A stretch of 63,937 nt of DNA, counting the filler, from Reclinomonas americana ATCC 50394 (lineage: Eukaryota), in the NCBI GenBank assembly GCA_048213135.1. It is 15 parts of 15 records of this genome, joined end to end, with 100 filler letters (N's around TTAATTAATTAA, not from the genome) between each part and the next. Parts side by side here need not be neighbours in the genome. Positions count along the whole stretch, not along the records: positions 23,683 to 25,556 come from AFZH01019230.1; positions 25,657 to 29,185 come from AFZH01019231.1; positions 29,286 to 34,364 come from AFZH01019232.1; positions 34,465 to 48,177 come from AFZH01019233.1; 11 more parts are not named here. One strand, written 5' to 3'. The notes under the pieces were generated by a model. It searched no databases, was not told the DNA's origin, and worked only from the letters and a program-made list of their open reading frames with translations. A program made the translations under genes and the position numbers. Of this stretch, positions 24,708-37,000 are shown piece after piece (position 1 is the stretch's first letter; each line of letters opens with the position of its first letter).

Positions 24708-27700
24708 TTACGCAAACGACATGTCGAACGACAACTGCCACCATCTTGACTTGTCGTTAGCGTACATGCGGAGCGGCCATGAAAAATTGAGCTCGAAGCT
24801 GTGGAGCAGATGTTAGAACAAGATAATATGGGAGTGGACGTGCTCGCACGACGTACCCTTGCACGCGGAATCCAAAGCCGGCGGCCACACGAACGGTGCG
24901 CGCCATCAGCGAGGCAGCTTCCTTGAGGTTGTCTGAGGGGAGGAAGTCAACAGAAATGAACATTCAACCACAGCCATTGTGCTCGATCAGTTCTCTCCCA
25001 GGTGCTCGCACACAAGCGAGGACGTGATTTACAGATATGAACACGCTGCTCATATTTGACACTGATCCCTTCTCTCACTTATTCCGACCCAAAAACTCTC
25101 TCTGTGCGTGCAATGTACATGCTTGACGCAAGCAAATCCTCCACTCTGGTGCACTAGCCTTTGTCAGTCTCTTTACATTCTCTCTTCCTATCTCGTCCAG
25201 CACGTTCGTCTCGCGATCACACACACGAACACACACACGCACACAACACAAAAGCTGCAAACACCAGCCTCATCGCTCACATTCTCTGTCATACACAAGC
25301 TCTCGTCTTCCTCTCTCACGTGCGCAAACGAGCACATCCTGCTTAAGACTATGACAACTATGCACCCCGTCGTTGATCACACTCGTGTCGTTGCCGAACT
25401 CTCTCTCTCTCTCTCACACTCACTCACTCACTCACTCACACACACACACACAAATGCACAAACGGGTACACAATCCTATCTTACACTCACATGCTGTCTC
25501 AACCACATCCATGCTCCTGCGTTTCCACGCATCTCCTCTCCCTTCCCCTTCATCCCNNNNNNNNNNNNNNNNNNNNNNNNNNNNNNNNNNNNNNNNNNNN
25601 TTAATTAATTAANNNNNNNNNNNNNNNNNNNNNNNNNNNNNNNNNNNNNNNNNNNNTTTCCCTTTCCCTCCACGCAACTCCCATCCAAGCTAAACATCTT
25701 CCCCATGTTCCCGGCAAACATAAACACCTGCCCGTGCAGCCCGATCCGCTCAAACATCGGATGCGGAATCGGGAACAGCAGCACGGCGTTGAGGGCGTAC
25801 ACAATGTTGCCACCGAGGCAGTAGTCTGTGCACATACACACACAGAGAGGAGTCAGCATTTTCTCTCTTGTGTATTTGTGTGTGCCTCTCTCTTGTACGT
25901 GTGTCTCTCGCTCCCCTTCTCTCTCTTTTCTCTCTCTCTCTCTTGTAGTTCTCTCTGTGTGTGTCTCTCTCTTCTCTCTCACTCTCATTCTCTCTGTCTT
26001 AGCTCTTTCTCTCTCTCTCTCCCTCTCTCTCTTCTCTCTCGCATTCTCCTTCGCTCTCACCAACTCTCCTTCTTTCTCTTTTCTATTCTCTCTGTCTCCC
26101 ATACTCCCTCTCTCTCCTTCTTCTCCCCTTCTCTCTCTCTACTTCTTCTCCCTTCTCTCTCTCTCACTCTCTCTCTCTCTCTCCTTCTTCTCTCTCCCTC
26201 TCTCTCTCTCGCATTCTCCTTCGCTCCTCTCACTCCCCTTCTTTCTTTCTCCCTCACTCTCTTCTCCCAATCACGCACCGCGATCATGGTCTCCAATTCC
26301 ACGCTGGGCAAAGCCGCGCACCGGCACATCGTCGAGGAAGAACAGGTCGTTGATTCTCAAGTTGGCGCCAAACATGGAGTACATGAAGCCGGCGTTGGCT
26401 TGCAGGCCAAGGCTCTGCGAGGAATGAGCAAAGGGTGACAGAGTGAGAGAAGGAGAGAATTAGGGAAGGAGAAGGAGCGAGAGGTTGGCATGAAACAGAA
26501 CAATAAGAGAAAACCAACGTGAACGCATATACAGAGAGACACAGAAAAAGACGTGCACATAGAGAGCACAAGCGAGAGAGAGATATGAGGTTAAGAATCA
26601 CACAGACACGCACGTGAGAGGCAAGCACACAACCAAGCAGAAAGAGAGACATGGAATGAGAAAAACACGGAGAGAGGGAGAGCACACACGCGTTTCAGAC
26701 TGACAAAGACACAGTAACAGAAGCAAACACACAGACACGCAGACAGCTGAATGAGAGGCACACCTACAGAGATACAAGGGTACACTGGCACACACACATA
26801 CAGACGAGCACACGCGCACACACAGAGAAAGGCGCACCACTCGGTTGTTGAACAGCGGCAAGTGATACGACGCCAGCGCCGAGTGCTTGCCAAATCGCGC
26901 GTCACCACCCAGACCAGCCAGTTCCTGGAAGAGGGAAAGGGTGAGTTTCCAGCAGAAGATGAGTGTTGCCCTGTGAATTGCATACCGTCGTCAGTCTCAG
27001 TGCGTAACCCCTCCACGGAAGCAGCGGGGAGTTGCGGCGATCGTAGAAATACGAGTACTTGATCGAGTTCTTCAGTGATTTGCCGTTGGACAGGCTCACC
27101 CTGGTGGGAGGGAAAGGAGTCAGCACGAAAGCTACAGAAACGCGTCCTCTCGTCACGCACCCAAATTCCATCGCCTCTCACCGACCTTTTGCAACAGCCA
27201 CACTTTCTCTCTCTCCTCTCTCTCTCTCTCACTGTCTCGCATTTCTCCGATTCTATGTTCCTCATTCTCTCAATCACTCTCGCAATCTATCTCACATTCA
27301 CTCACGCTTCACCTCTCTCACTCTGTCTCACATAAAGTTGACTTTTCTTATGCTAAGCAAGACCATTCTCTCACCAAGCACTGCATCATCTCCCTCGCCA
27401 TCCTGACCGACCTATCGTTCTGAATCTCAAAGCCCCTGTCTCCATTCTTCGATTTGTCAATGACTGCTGGTCATTCCCCATAAATCCTCCGTCGCTTCTC
27501 CTTCTCATCATGCCAATATCTCAAGCAATCAACAGCAGGTCGTTCCTAATTCCTCTGATCCACTTCTCTGCACTTCACTACCAGTTCCCTCCTCATTCAC
27601 GCATTCACTCACACACACACACACACACACTCTTTTTCTCTTACTCTCTTCCCCCATCCCCTCCCCTCCCCTCCCCCTCTCCCCTCCTTTCCCACTTTCC

Positions 27701-29535
27701 GCAACTCCGTCGGCGGATGCTTCACGGGATTCACATGCCGTGAGACCGACTCGAGTGTCACCGTGTGGCGGCCCTTGCTCAGCGACCCATACGCTCCCGT
27801 CTTGGTCTCGTGGAATCCACTGCTGTACGCGTACGAATCCTTGTCGTAGAATCCGCCCACCGAGGCCCACGAGTTGATGCCGGCCCAGTTGGGAATGCGG
27901 AAGGAGGCCTGCAGGGCGCCAGATGGACGGGCGAGTGGGCGGGTGGGGGAAAGGGAGAAGTGGGGAGAACGGGGGGTACGCAACGGCAGCCGAGTGGCTC
28001 TCCTGATTGGCGTACGTCACGCGAGCGTTCCAGTGGTCGCCGTAGCCGAGTGGGTTCTTGAGGCCGGTGGAGACGGACTGCGGGGGGAAAGGGGGAGGGT
28101 GGTGAGAGGGCACATAGAGGGCTCAATGCTCGCGGGACAACGCATCAGGAGAGAGACAAGGTAAGAGTTAAGGATTGAGAATGATGACAGGACGCGAAAA
28201 CAGCAGAACGTGCGGAAGATTTTGAAGTGAAGCGCACGCTGCCTCCTTCGAATCCCTTCTCCATTCTTTTCCCCTTTCTTCCCCCTCCCTTCCCCCTCCC
28301 TCCCTTTTCCCCACTCACCAACTCCGCCCCGTTGCTCCCGCCGTCAACATTCGCCTTCAGGAAGAACGGCTTCTTCTCCTGCACATGCACGCCAATGACG
28401 GCCGTCTTGATGCGATCGCCGCCCGACACCACCACGCGCACGCTCTTGAAAATGTCGAGTCCTTGCAGTTGCTGCGAGATGGAGAAGGTGTGAGACGGGC
28501 AACAAGAGAGAGAGAGAGAAAGATAGAGAGAGAAAGAGAGAGGGAGGGAGACTGAGAGAGAGAGAGAGAACGACAACTCGTGTTCATGAGCAGCAGAACT
28601 GAGACGTGGGAGAACAGACAAGATAGGCAGCGGATAGTCTTGCGGGAAATGCAAGACAGCGAGAGAGAAACATGGACAGAGAGAGAGAGAGAGAGAGAAA
28701 CAAGGACAGGTAGTCGGATTCACTAGGCCCCAGAGCCCACTGTCCGAAGCAAGAGAGAGAGAGAGAACGAAAACAATGCATAACAGCGAACTGCATGCAC
28801 GATCAAGAGCTTGTCCTCCCTTGTCTCTCCTTTTCCCCCCTTCTCCCTGACAAACGCAACGCTCTCCATCTCCGCCATTTGCCGCCGCAACGTGGCCACA
28901 CTGCGCTCCTTATCCATGTCTCCAAACACGCCCACGGCGGCCGCACGCATCAGCGACTGCTTCGTGCGCAGTGTGCCCCACACTTGCACATTGTCAATCG
29001 TCACGTGTGTCTTCACGTTGGCGGCGAGCTGCAGCAGGGGAAGGGTGGGGGGTGAGAATGCAAGGGATGGGGGGGAGAAACGGACAGAGAAACAGAGTGA
29101 CGCAGCGATGCCTGCAAAAAGGGACAAGAAGAGAATGCAAGACCGAAGACTGAAGAGAGTGGAGAGAGAGAGAGGGAGAGAGAGANNNNNNNNNNNNNNN
29201 NNNNNNNNNNNNNNNNNNNNNNNNNNNNNTTAATTAATTAANNNNNNNNNNNNNNNNNNNNNNNNNNNNNNNNNNNNNNNNNNNNAGAGAGAGAGAGAGG
29301 AGGGGAGGGAGGGAGGGAGAGAGAGAAAGAACGAATGCTCATTTGTGAATGCGAGTGCATATTGACATCAACATACAAAGAGAGATGCACACTCACTCAC
29401 ATTCTCTCTCTCTCTCTCACACACAGTCTCACTCTCTCACTCACACTTACACACAGATTCCGAAGAGGTGCGCCATGGTGGACACATGACAACACACACA
29501 CTCACACAAACACACACCTGCACGCAACACACTGC

Positions 29536-29581
<46 letters not shown>

Positions 29582-29628
29582 TCCACACTTACACAAACCT
29601 TTCGCGCCAGCTCATCAGCCTCACCCAT
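24708..29628 (-). CDS. SAM50: Sam50/Tob55 (Omp85 family) mitochondrial outer-membrane beta-barrel insertase
   Basis: Exons give a POTRA domain (VTIDNVQVWGTLRTKQSL...QLQGLDIFKSVRV), LKNPLGYGD, SLKNSIKYSYFYDRRNSPLLPWRG, ELAGLGGDARF, DLFFLDDVPVRGFAQRGIG, YCLGGN, VRVAAGFG and FELNFSWP...WWQLSFDMSFA*. The probable start MGEADELARK at 29628 is less certain. Confidence 0.92.
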
Positions 29629-29794
29629 CCCTTCACTGCAACAAACACACACACACACACACAGTGAGCACACACACACACACACTCTCTCTCACACACA
29701 CACACACACCCTTTCCTCCACAAACACTGCGCAAAAGACTTCCGGTCCCACAGGACACGCTGTTGTCTCTCTTCTGTCCCTTCTATCTCAAGCA

Positions 29795-32700
29795 ATGGAG
29801 CTCTTGCTGTTGTTTGTGCGACCGGCATCGGTGCAATCCATGGTGCGTCAAGTGAGAGAGAGAGAGAAAAATAATAGCGACTTCTGAAGTTGTGGATGCA
29901 TGAAGCGCGAAAAATGACACTCTCTCACTGTGCGTGCACACACACGCGCACTGTGCATGTGAAGCAATTGAGAGCCTGCATTTCTGTCTTTTCTCACTCA
30001 TCTCTGCATTCTTCACATCATTCTCACTCGCTCTTCTGCTTTCCCCACTCACTTGCCCTTCATTCCTCCTTTTCCTCATCAACCTCCTTAATTACATCTC
30101 ATCCCTTCTCCCCTTTCTTCTCCTCATCCATCTCCTCTCTTCCTCTCATCCATCTCTTCCCTTTCCCCTTCCCCTATTGCCTTCTTCTGATCCATCCCTT
30201 CCCTTCCCCTCTCGTTTTCCTCCCCTCATCCACCTCCTCCCTTCCCCTCGTGCATCTCTTCCCTTCTCCTCCCTTGAACTCATCCATCTCCTCCCTTTCA
30301 TTCTTATCCATCTCCTCCCCTCCCCCTCTCCTCCTTCCCCTCCTCATCCATCACCTTCCATTCCCTTCTCATCCACCTCCCCCCTTCTCCTCTTCCACCT
30401 ACTCCCTTCCTCTCATGCATCTCCTCCCTTCCTCCCATCCCTACTCCCTTCTGCCTTCTCATACATCTACTCCCTTCATTCCTTATCCTTCTCCTCCCTT
30501 CCCCCTCTCCTTTGCCTCCCCTCATCCATCTCCTCCCATTCCCTCCTCGTACATCTCCTCCCATTCCCTCCTCATACATCTCCTCGCTTCCTCTCATGCA
30601 TCTCCTCCCTTCCTGTCATCCATCTCCCCTTCCCCTCATCCGTCTCCTCCCATTCCCTCCTCATGCATCTCCTCCCTTCCCCCTCTCCTTTGCCTTCCCC
30701 AGCCCTCGTCCTTCTCCTCTTATCCCCTTCTTCCCGTTTGCCCTTCCACAGCCAACATCCACCCTCCACCGCCGCCTCCGCCTCGCCAGTCTCTTCCTGC
30801 TGATGGGACCCATTTCCGCGCTCAGCATCTGGTCTCTGCTCTCCTCATCGTCACCGCCCTCACCGCACGCCAACTCAATGTGGCACGTGGTGGTGACGGT
30901 GGCGTTGGTGCTGTTGGGTGCACTGGTGGTGGAGCTCATGAGCTCGTCACGAGGTGGAGGTAGCGGTGCAGTGCGATGGGCCGTGTCCATGTCGCTCGCC
31001 GCGCTTTTGTTGCTGGTGGGCCACGATGCGGTGCAGACGAGAACGCAGCCGCTGGTGAGTGAAGAAAGGGGGTTGAAGGCGATGGGATAGTCTTGAAAGA
31101 GAGAGAGAAGAGTACAGGGTCATATTCACGTGGTGTGCAGCCACGATGCGCACAAAGGGAAAGAGCGAGAGAGAATGAGTGGATTATCGGCAGCAAGAAT
31201 GAAAGAGAGAAAGAAGAGAGTGATCCAGCGTACGAGCGGCGGGGATCACACGACGACAGAATGTGAGAGCAGGTCAGTCAGAGAACAGAGAAGAGAGTGA
31301 GCAAGAGACAAACAGACCAAGAGAGAGAGAGAGCTATCTGAAAGAACAGGAAGAGGATCACTGTGCGAGGTGACAGCACGTTGCTTCTCAAACTTGCGTC
31401 CTTTCTGCAGCTATGGAGCGTGCTCATCATGGCCGCCTTTGGTATGGGCATCTTCTACGCCTTCAGCAACGAGACGACATCCGTGCGATTCCTGCCGACA
31501 TTGACGCTGTTTGTGGCCAGCGGGCTGGTGTCGGGTGCCGGAAGTAGTTTCGTGCAGCGAGAAGGGGAGTGACAGAGCGAGAGAGATATGGAGATACTCA
31601 GCGACGAAGATCGGCACAATGATGCCTTTTCTCTGTGTCTGTGTGTCACCCTCTATGCCGCACTCACCGAGCAAGAAAGAGACGAGTATTCACGGTTTGC
31701 GCATTGTCTTTCTATGAGCAGAAGTCATCACGAAACCTGACTCGCTCGCCGTCCCTCTCTCTTATGTGAGGTTTCTCTGCATTTCAGCATCGCTGCCCTC
31801 CCTCTAGGCTTCCTCTCCCTTCACTCTTCCGTTCCCCATTCTCCATGCTTCACCTTCTGTCAACTCTCAGGGTCACCCTCCCTTCTTCGTCTTCTACTCC
31901 CTTTTCCCATCCTGTTCACGCCATTCCTCTTCTCTCTTCAGATAGAGAGATTGACAGAGACATCTGCGTGATAATAGGTGAGAAATGCGAAGAAGCATGG
32001 TGCTAAAGGAGTCAGAGAGAAAGAGAGAGCCGGAGAAAGACAGTTAGAGCTTAATCCCCTCTTTCTCCTTTTTGTCCGTCTTCACCCTTTCCTATTCCTC
32101 CTCTAGCCTCCTCACCCTTTCCTTTCCCTCACCATTCCCTCACCCTTTCCCTCACCCTTTCCCTCACCATTCCCTCACCCTTTCTCTCGCCCTCTCCCTC
32201 ATCCTTTCCCTCACCCTTCCCTCATCCTCACTCTCACCCTTTCCCTCATCCTTTCCCTCTCCCTCACCCTTTTCCTCACCCTTTCCCTCACCCTTTCCCT
32301 CACCCTCACCCTTCACCTCCCCTCATCCTTCCCCTCTCATAGACTCCCTGCTCGACGGCCTCACCGGCGCCCTCGGCCTCGGCCTCTCCCTCACGCTCAC
32401 CGCCAACTGGTACATGACGCTGTGGACGTGGCTTTTCGCCGGCACCCTTCGCCTCGCCGCCGCCGTCCTCCTCACTGGCGAAGTTGCACTCCTCCTTTTC
32501 CCTCTCTCTTCCTCATCCTTCCCTCATCTCGCACCCAGGTCACCGCCTCCGGCTCCCTCCCTGTCCTCGGTCTGGCCGCCCTCAGCATCATCGTGGTGGT
32601 GATCAGCTCCTCCATTGCCTACCCGCCACCCTCGCGCGATCGCGGCCGCGGCCGCACCCTGCGCTACGCACTGGCAGTGGTCGCCACCCTCGCCGTCGTC

Positions 32701-33524
32701 GCTGTGGTGACCTACGTGGCCGTCGAGGCCGTCGTCGTCTACAATCTCGGCAACTCCAGCTTCTACACCACTGTGCTGCTGCTCGGCGGAGCCGCACTCG
32801 TGCAGCTGCACCCGGTGGTGGCCAGGAGTCGCACCACGTTCATGGCCGTGTTCCGCGGCGCCTTGTGGATTGCGGCGACGGCCGTGGTAGTTGCGTGGGG
32901 AATGCGATTGTGGGAGAAGGGCAGTTGTGTGTGAGCTGAAAATGTCGTGATTGTGGTGCGCAGCTGGGCGTCGCGTCGGTGCCTCTGGTGTTCATCTCGT
33001 TGTTGCCCATCATGTTGCATTTTGGCTCGGATCCAACCGAGTGGAATGATGTGCATGGTAGGCCGCCGTACTTTCTCTCCCATGTCCGGCGATGTGATGC
33101 TGAAAGGAGTGTGTGCGCAGGATCGGTGATTGCCAAGGCGGTCCCTGCCGGTATCTCAGCACTGGAGCTGCGCTTGACTTACCCAACCATGGCCATGGCC
33201 GGCAGCGTGTTGCTGCTGCTCGGCGGCCTGTTCCAGCCGGCGTTTGAAAAAGGTCACCTTCCTCCTCGCCACTGAATTGCTTCATCCCGCTCACCGTCCA
33301 CTGCAGGCGTGCCCGTGGCCTCCCTCGTCGCCTCGCTGTTGCACATGGCGGTGGCGGCTCTGCATGCCATCTCCATTTTCTCCCTCAGCATCGCCGTTGG
33401 CCGCGTCACGCGCCTCAACCTGCAGAGTGCCTCCACCTCCAGAGCATCACTGCTCCTCCTCGCGTTGCTCGTCGGCAGTGTGGTGGTGTTTGTGCTGACG
33501 GGGTCGGCACGGCTGGGTGTGTGA
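29795..33524 (+). CDS. Orphan multi-pass membrane protein (roughly a dozen or more hydrophobic segments)
   Basis: In-frame GT-AG exons near 29795-29842, 30752-31054, from 31411, 32343-32482, from 32539, from 32964, from 33121 and 33307-33524, nearly all hydrophobic. No family recognised. Confidence 0.7.
30000..30750 (+). repeat. Intronic pyrimidine-rich minisatellite (CCTCATCCATCTCCTCCC-like units)
   Basis: Many degenerate copies are visible. A similar CCCTCACCCTTT array lies at 32105-32340. Confidence 0.8.
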
Positions 33525-33675
33525 TTGGGAAAAAATGCAGCAGAGGGTGCTTTTTACGAAGGCAACGAAAGGAGTCGAAGGTGCAAGGGTATCTAACTGC
33601 ACGAATGATGTGACACTCGTTCAGAGAGGCAGACCTTCAACGGAGTGGATGATGCGGACGCGGACCAGTAGCACT

Positions 33676-33856
33676 GGATGGGTGTCGTCTGTGGCAGTCT
33701 CTCCCAATGGTCAGCACACTGTAGGTGCGGGTGGCCGAGACAAGACGATACGAGTGTGGCCCACGCTGCGTGGCCTTGCTCGCTTCGAGCTCGACTCCGC
33801 GCGCTCGGCCATGCGAGCTGTGCAGGAGATGCAGGAGGAAGAAGATTTACCGTGCC
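33676..33856 (+). pseudogene. Truncated dispersed copy of the WD40-plus-tail gene family (last repeat and part of the tail)
   Basis: Translates GWVSSVAVSPNGQHTVGAGGRDKTIRVWPTLRGLARFELDSARSAMRAVQEMQEEEDLPC, matching ...TVRVWSTPCGLARQEMDAARSAMRAVQEMQEKGEGDSRC at 60.2-60.3 kb. Confidence 0.85.
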
Positions 33857-34060
33857 CTCCCTACTTCGCCTTCAGCCCTCTGTCCTCTTGTTTCTCACTG
33901 TGCGTCAGTGTTGAAATCACTGCTGCGACAGCAGACAACAACAACAGCTTACGCCACCATCGATATAAGCCCCACCAATGACGACGTCATTGCTGCTTTG
34001 CTTTGTCTCTCTACTCGATCCGCCTTCAGTTGTCCCACCAACGCGTCCTCCCACCAGCAA

Positions 34061-37000
34061 ATGGAAGACGACGATGAGAGCGACACACTCGCGAGCGTTC
34101 TCCGCTGCCTCGGCGACTCTGCACTCGCTCCGGAAGTCACTCGCGTACTTTGTGAAGCTTACGGACAGTGCGCAACAAGCATTCACACACAACACAAAGA
34201 GAGAGAGAGAGAGAGACAGAGAGAAAGAGAAGAGAAGTGATGAGAAGAAGAGAAAGATGTGCACTGGGAGAGTCACCTGATCACTCTCTCTCTCTCTCGC
34301 TCTCTCTCTCTCTTCTCAGTGACGTTCGTGTGACTCCACTGCGCGACGTTCTTCATCGTCTGGCNNNNNNNNNNNNNNNNNNNNNNNNNNNNNNNNNNNN
34401 NNNNNNNNTTAATTAATTAANNNNNNNNNNNNNNNNNNNNNNNNNNNNNNNNNNNNNNNNNNNNTTCTGCGAGAGGCAGCCAGACATCGACACTTCAAAG
34501 ATTTTCTGCGCTTGTGAGAAGAAGAGTTAGGTACGGAGACAGAGAGCGACGATGGGGGTGAGTTCCGGATCTTTCAAAGGGGGTTGTTGTGTGTCTTGTG
34601 TGTATGAGATTGAGCATGAGGAAGAAGAGTGAGAGCGAGGGAAAATGACCGTCTGTCGCAACATGGGCCATGTTGAGAACAGTTGCACCACACACACATA
34701 CACATATACACACACTCACTCTTCCACTCACTCCCTCTTACTCACTCACTTACTCATGCACACGCGAACACAAATCGAGGTACAGAGAGTAACAATTGCT
34801 AGTCGCTCTCTCACCTACCTGCCCTTTGCCCCTTTGCCCCTCCCCCTTTGCCTTTGCCAGTGACCCTCTCCTCTCTCCACGTCTGCGATGGAACCGGCGA
34901 AGCTATTGTGGAGCTGCGCGGCCACCCGTTGCCCAGCATGGCGCTACTGTACTGTGGATGGCTGGTCGTCGAAGCCTGGCAGCTCGTGCGCGTTCGGGAG
35001 CAGGGAGCGGAGGTGCGCTACACGGAAATGAGTGAGATCAATGCTGTTATTCATGTCGATGTCTGCAGGCCGTGGCAAAGCGCTTCTTGGAGGTGGCTGA
35101 CACACCTGTGACCGTCGAAAACTGCCGGTGTGTGCTTCCACGACGTTGTTCCGCTCCACTTGTCAGTCTTCTTTCCCTTTCTCGCCTCTCGCTTCAGGTT
35201 CTACTTTGCACAGGCTGTATGTACACTCTTTCAGCTGCTGCTCAACCTTTTCACCCGTGCATTCTTGTCTTCACATGCAATACGCTTGTTACTTCCTTCA
35301 CAACGTCCCATACCTTCTCGCCGCCGTCAATCCTCTCTTCTCTTGCTACCATGCTCTCTGCTCTTTTTCCTCGTTCTACTCCTCCTTCTTCTTCTTCTTC
35401 TTCTGGTCTGAGTCATTCGTTTCAATGCCGCCGCCCTCTCGTCCTCTCGTTTCTTCCGGTTTTCTTCTCTCGGCATCATGTACTCTGCCTTCTCCTTCAG
35501 TCTCGTTCCCTCGTGTTCTGCTGGTGCGATCTTGCACTTCTCCCAGTGTACATCTACATCTGCCTTTCGCCGCTGCATGCTCTCTCTCTCTCTCTCTCTC
35601 TCGCTCTCTTGTCCCCGGCCTGCCCTTGTGTTGCATCTGCATCTCATTGATTTTCTAAAATCTCGCTCTCTGCCCCCCTGCTTTCTGCCCCCTCCTTCCC
35701 CTTTCCCATTTTCCCTTCCCCCTTCCCCCTTTCCTTTCACCTGTTCCCCCTCTCCCTTTCCCTTCCCCCTTTGCCCCCGCAGCGACCTCGTCCGCTCCCT
35801 TGCCTACTTCGAACTATGTGCGGACCGCATGCGCCCACTGGCCGAGTTGCTACCCACCTCCGCCCCAGCCACCCCCGTCCCACCCATCCTCCGCGGTCGA
35901 TTCCCCATGTCCATCTCCAGCGTTCGCCAGCTGTGCGATCGTCTGTCCACGGCACAGCGACACGTCCGGTGGCACGTTCGCGGCCTGGTGTCGGCAGTGG
36001 GGTTTGTTTTCACGGTCGTGGAATCTCTGCCTTTTCTGGATATTCAAGCTTGATCACAGGTCCCTCGCACACGGACCATTCCCATTGCCGGCCGTGTTGC
36101 CCACCCTGCCAGCTTCCGTGGCCGCCGATGCCGCGCCGCACTTTTTGATTGAGTTGGCAGACGAGGCTGGTATGTTTTATTGAGCAACAGTTGACTCCCT
36201 CGCCTTCTCATCCATCGCCTTGATCACCAGATGCCATGTTCTCTGTCGTTCTGTTGTGCTGGGGCACCGAGGCGTGCGCCATGCGGCATTTCGTGCAGGT
36301 CGGCTTGCCGTTCCTCTTCACCGATTGCACGGCAATCGCACCGGGTGACGATCGCGGCAACCCACCCATGTTCCTCGCCTGCGCTGCCGCGCACAATGTG
36401 GGCGCGCCGCGATTAGCGCCAACGCCGTTGTGCGTGTCGGTGGAGGGTGTGGAGTGGAGGTACACTTTGTTGGGGCTGTGATTCTCTTCACCGAATTGTT
36501 GAAAACTCACTTTTTTGCGTCACTGTGCAGTGAGAGCTCCTCGGCGGCCGCCATGCCCCCACCAGCAGCGATCGGCCCATCTTGCCGTGTGTCGATCATG
36601 TCGCAGTCGCAGGCGAGTGGCGGCGGAGAGACAGTGTACTCCCATGCTTCACTGTCGCAGCTAGCGAGTCTCGAGTCGACGGGAGTTGGCGGTGGCAGTG
36701 GTAGTGCACCCATGCCGGAGCTCCTACACTACATTGGGTGAGTGGGCGGAAGTGGAGAAGGGTGTTAAATCAGGAGATTAGAGCAGATTCACGTCAAAAG
36801 AGGTGGCATCCTGCACTGATGCTTCTCGTCCTGCCTTTCCTTTTCGTTGTCCTCATCACTCCCCTCCACCTCGTCGCCATCATGCAGAAGCATCACCTTT
36901 CTCATTTGCTGCACTTATGCTTCTCGTCCTCTCTTTCCTTTTCGTTGTCCTCATCACCCCCCTCCACCTTGTCGCCATCATGCAGAACTATAACCTTGCT

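Noticed and set aside
27690..27705. Possible GA-AG intron in Sam50
   Set aside because: A GT donor (gttgcg at 27705) a few bases upstream gives the correct phase.
29890..30963. Long S/P/L/H-rich ORFs (also 842..1762, 25734..26438, 41982..43676, 47719..48225, 50500..51270)
   Set aside because: They arise from stop-poor CT or GA microsatellite introns; the real coding parts are short embedded exons.
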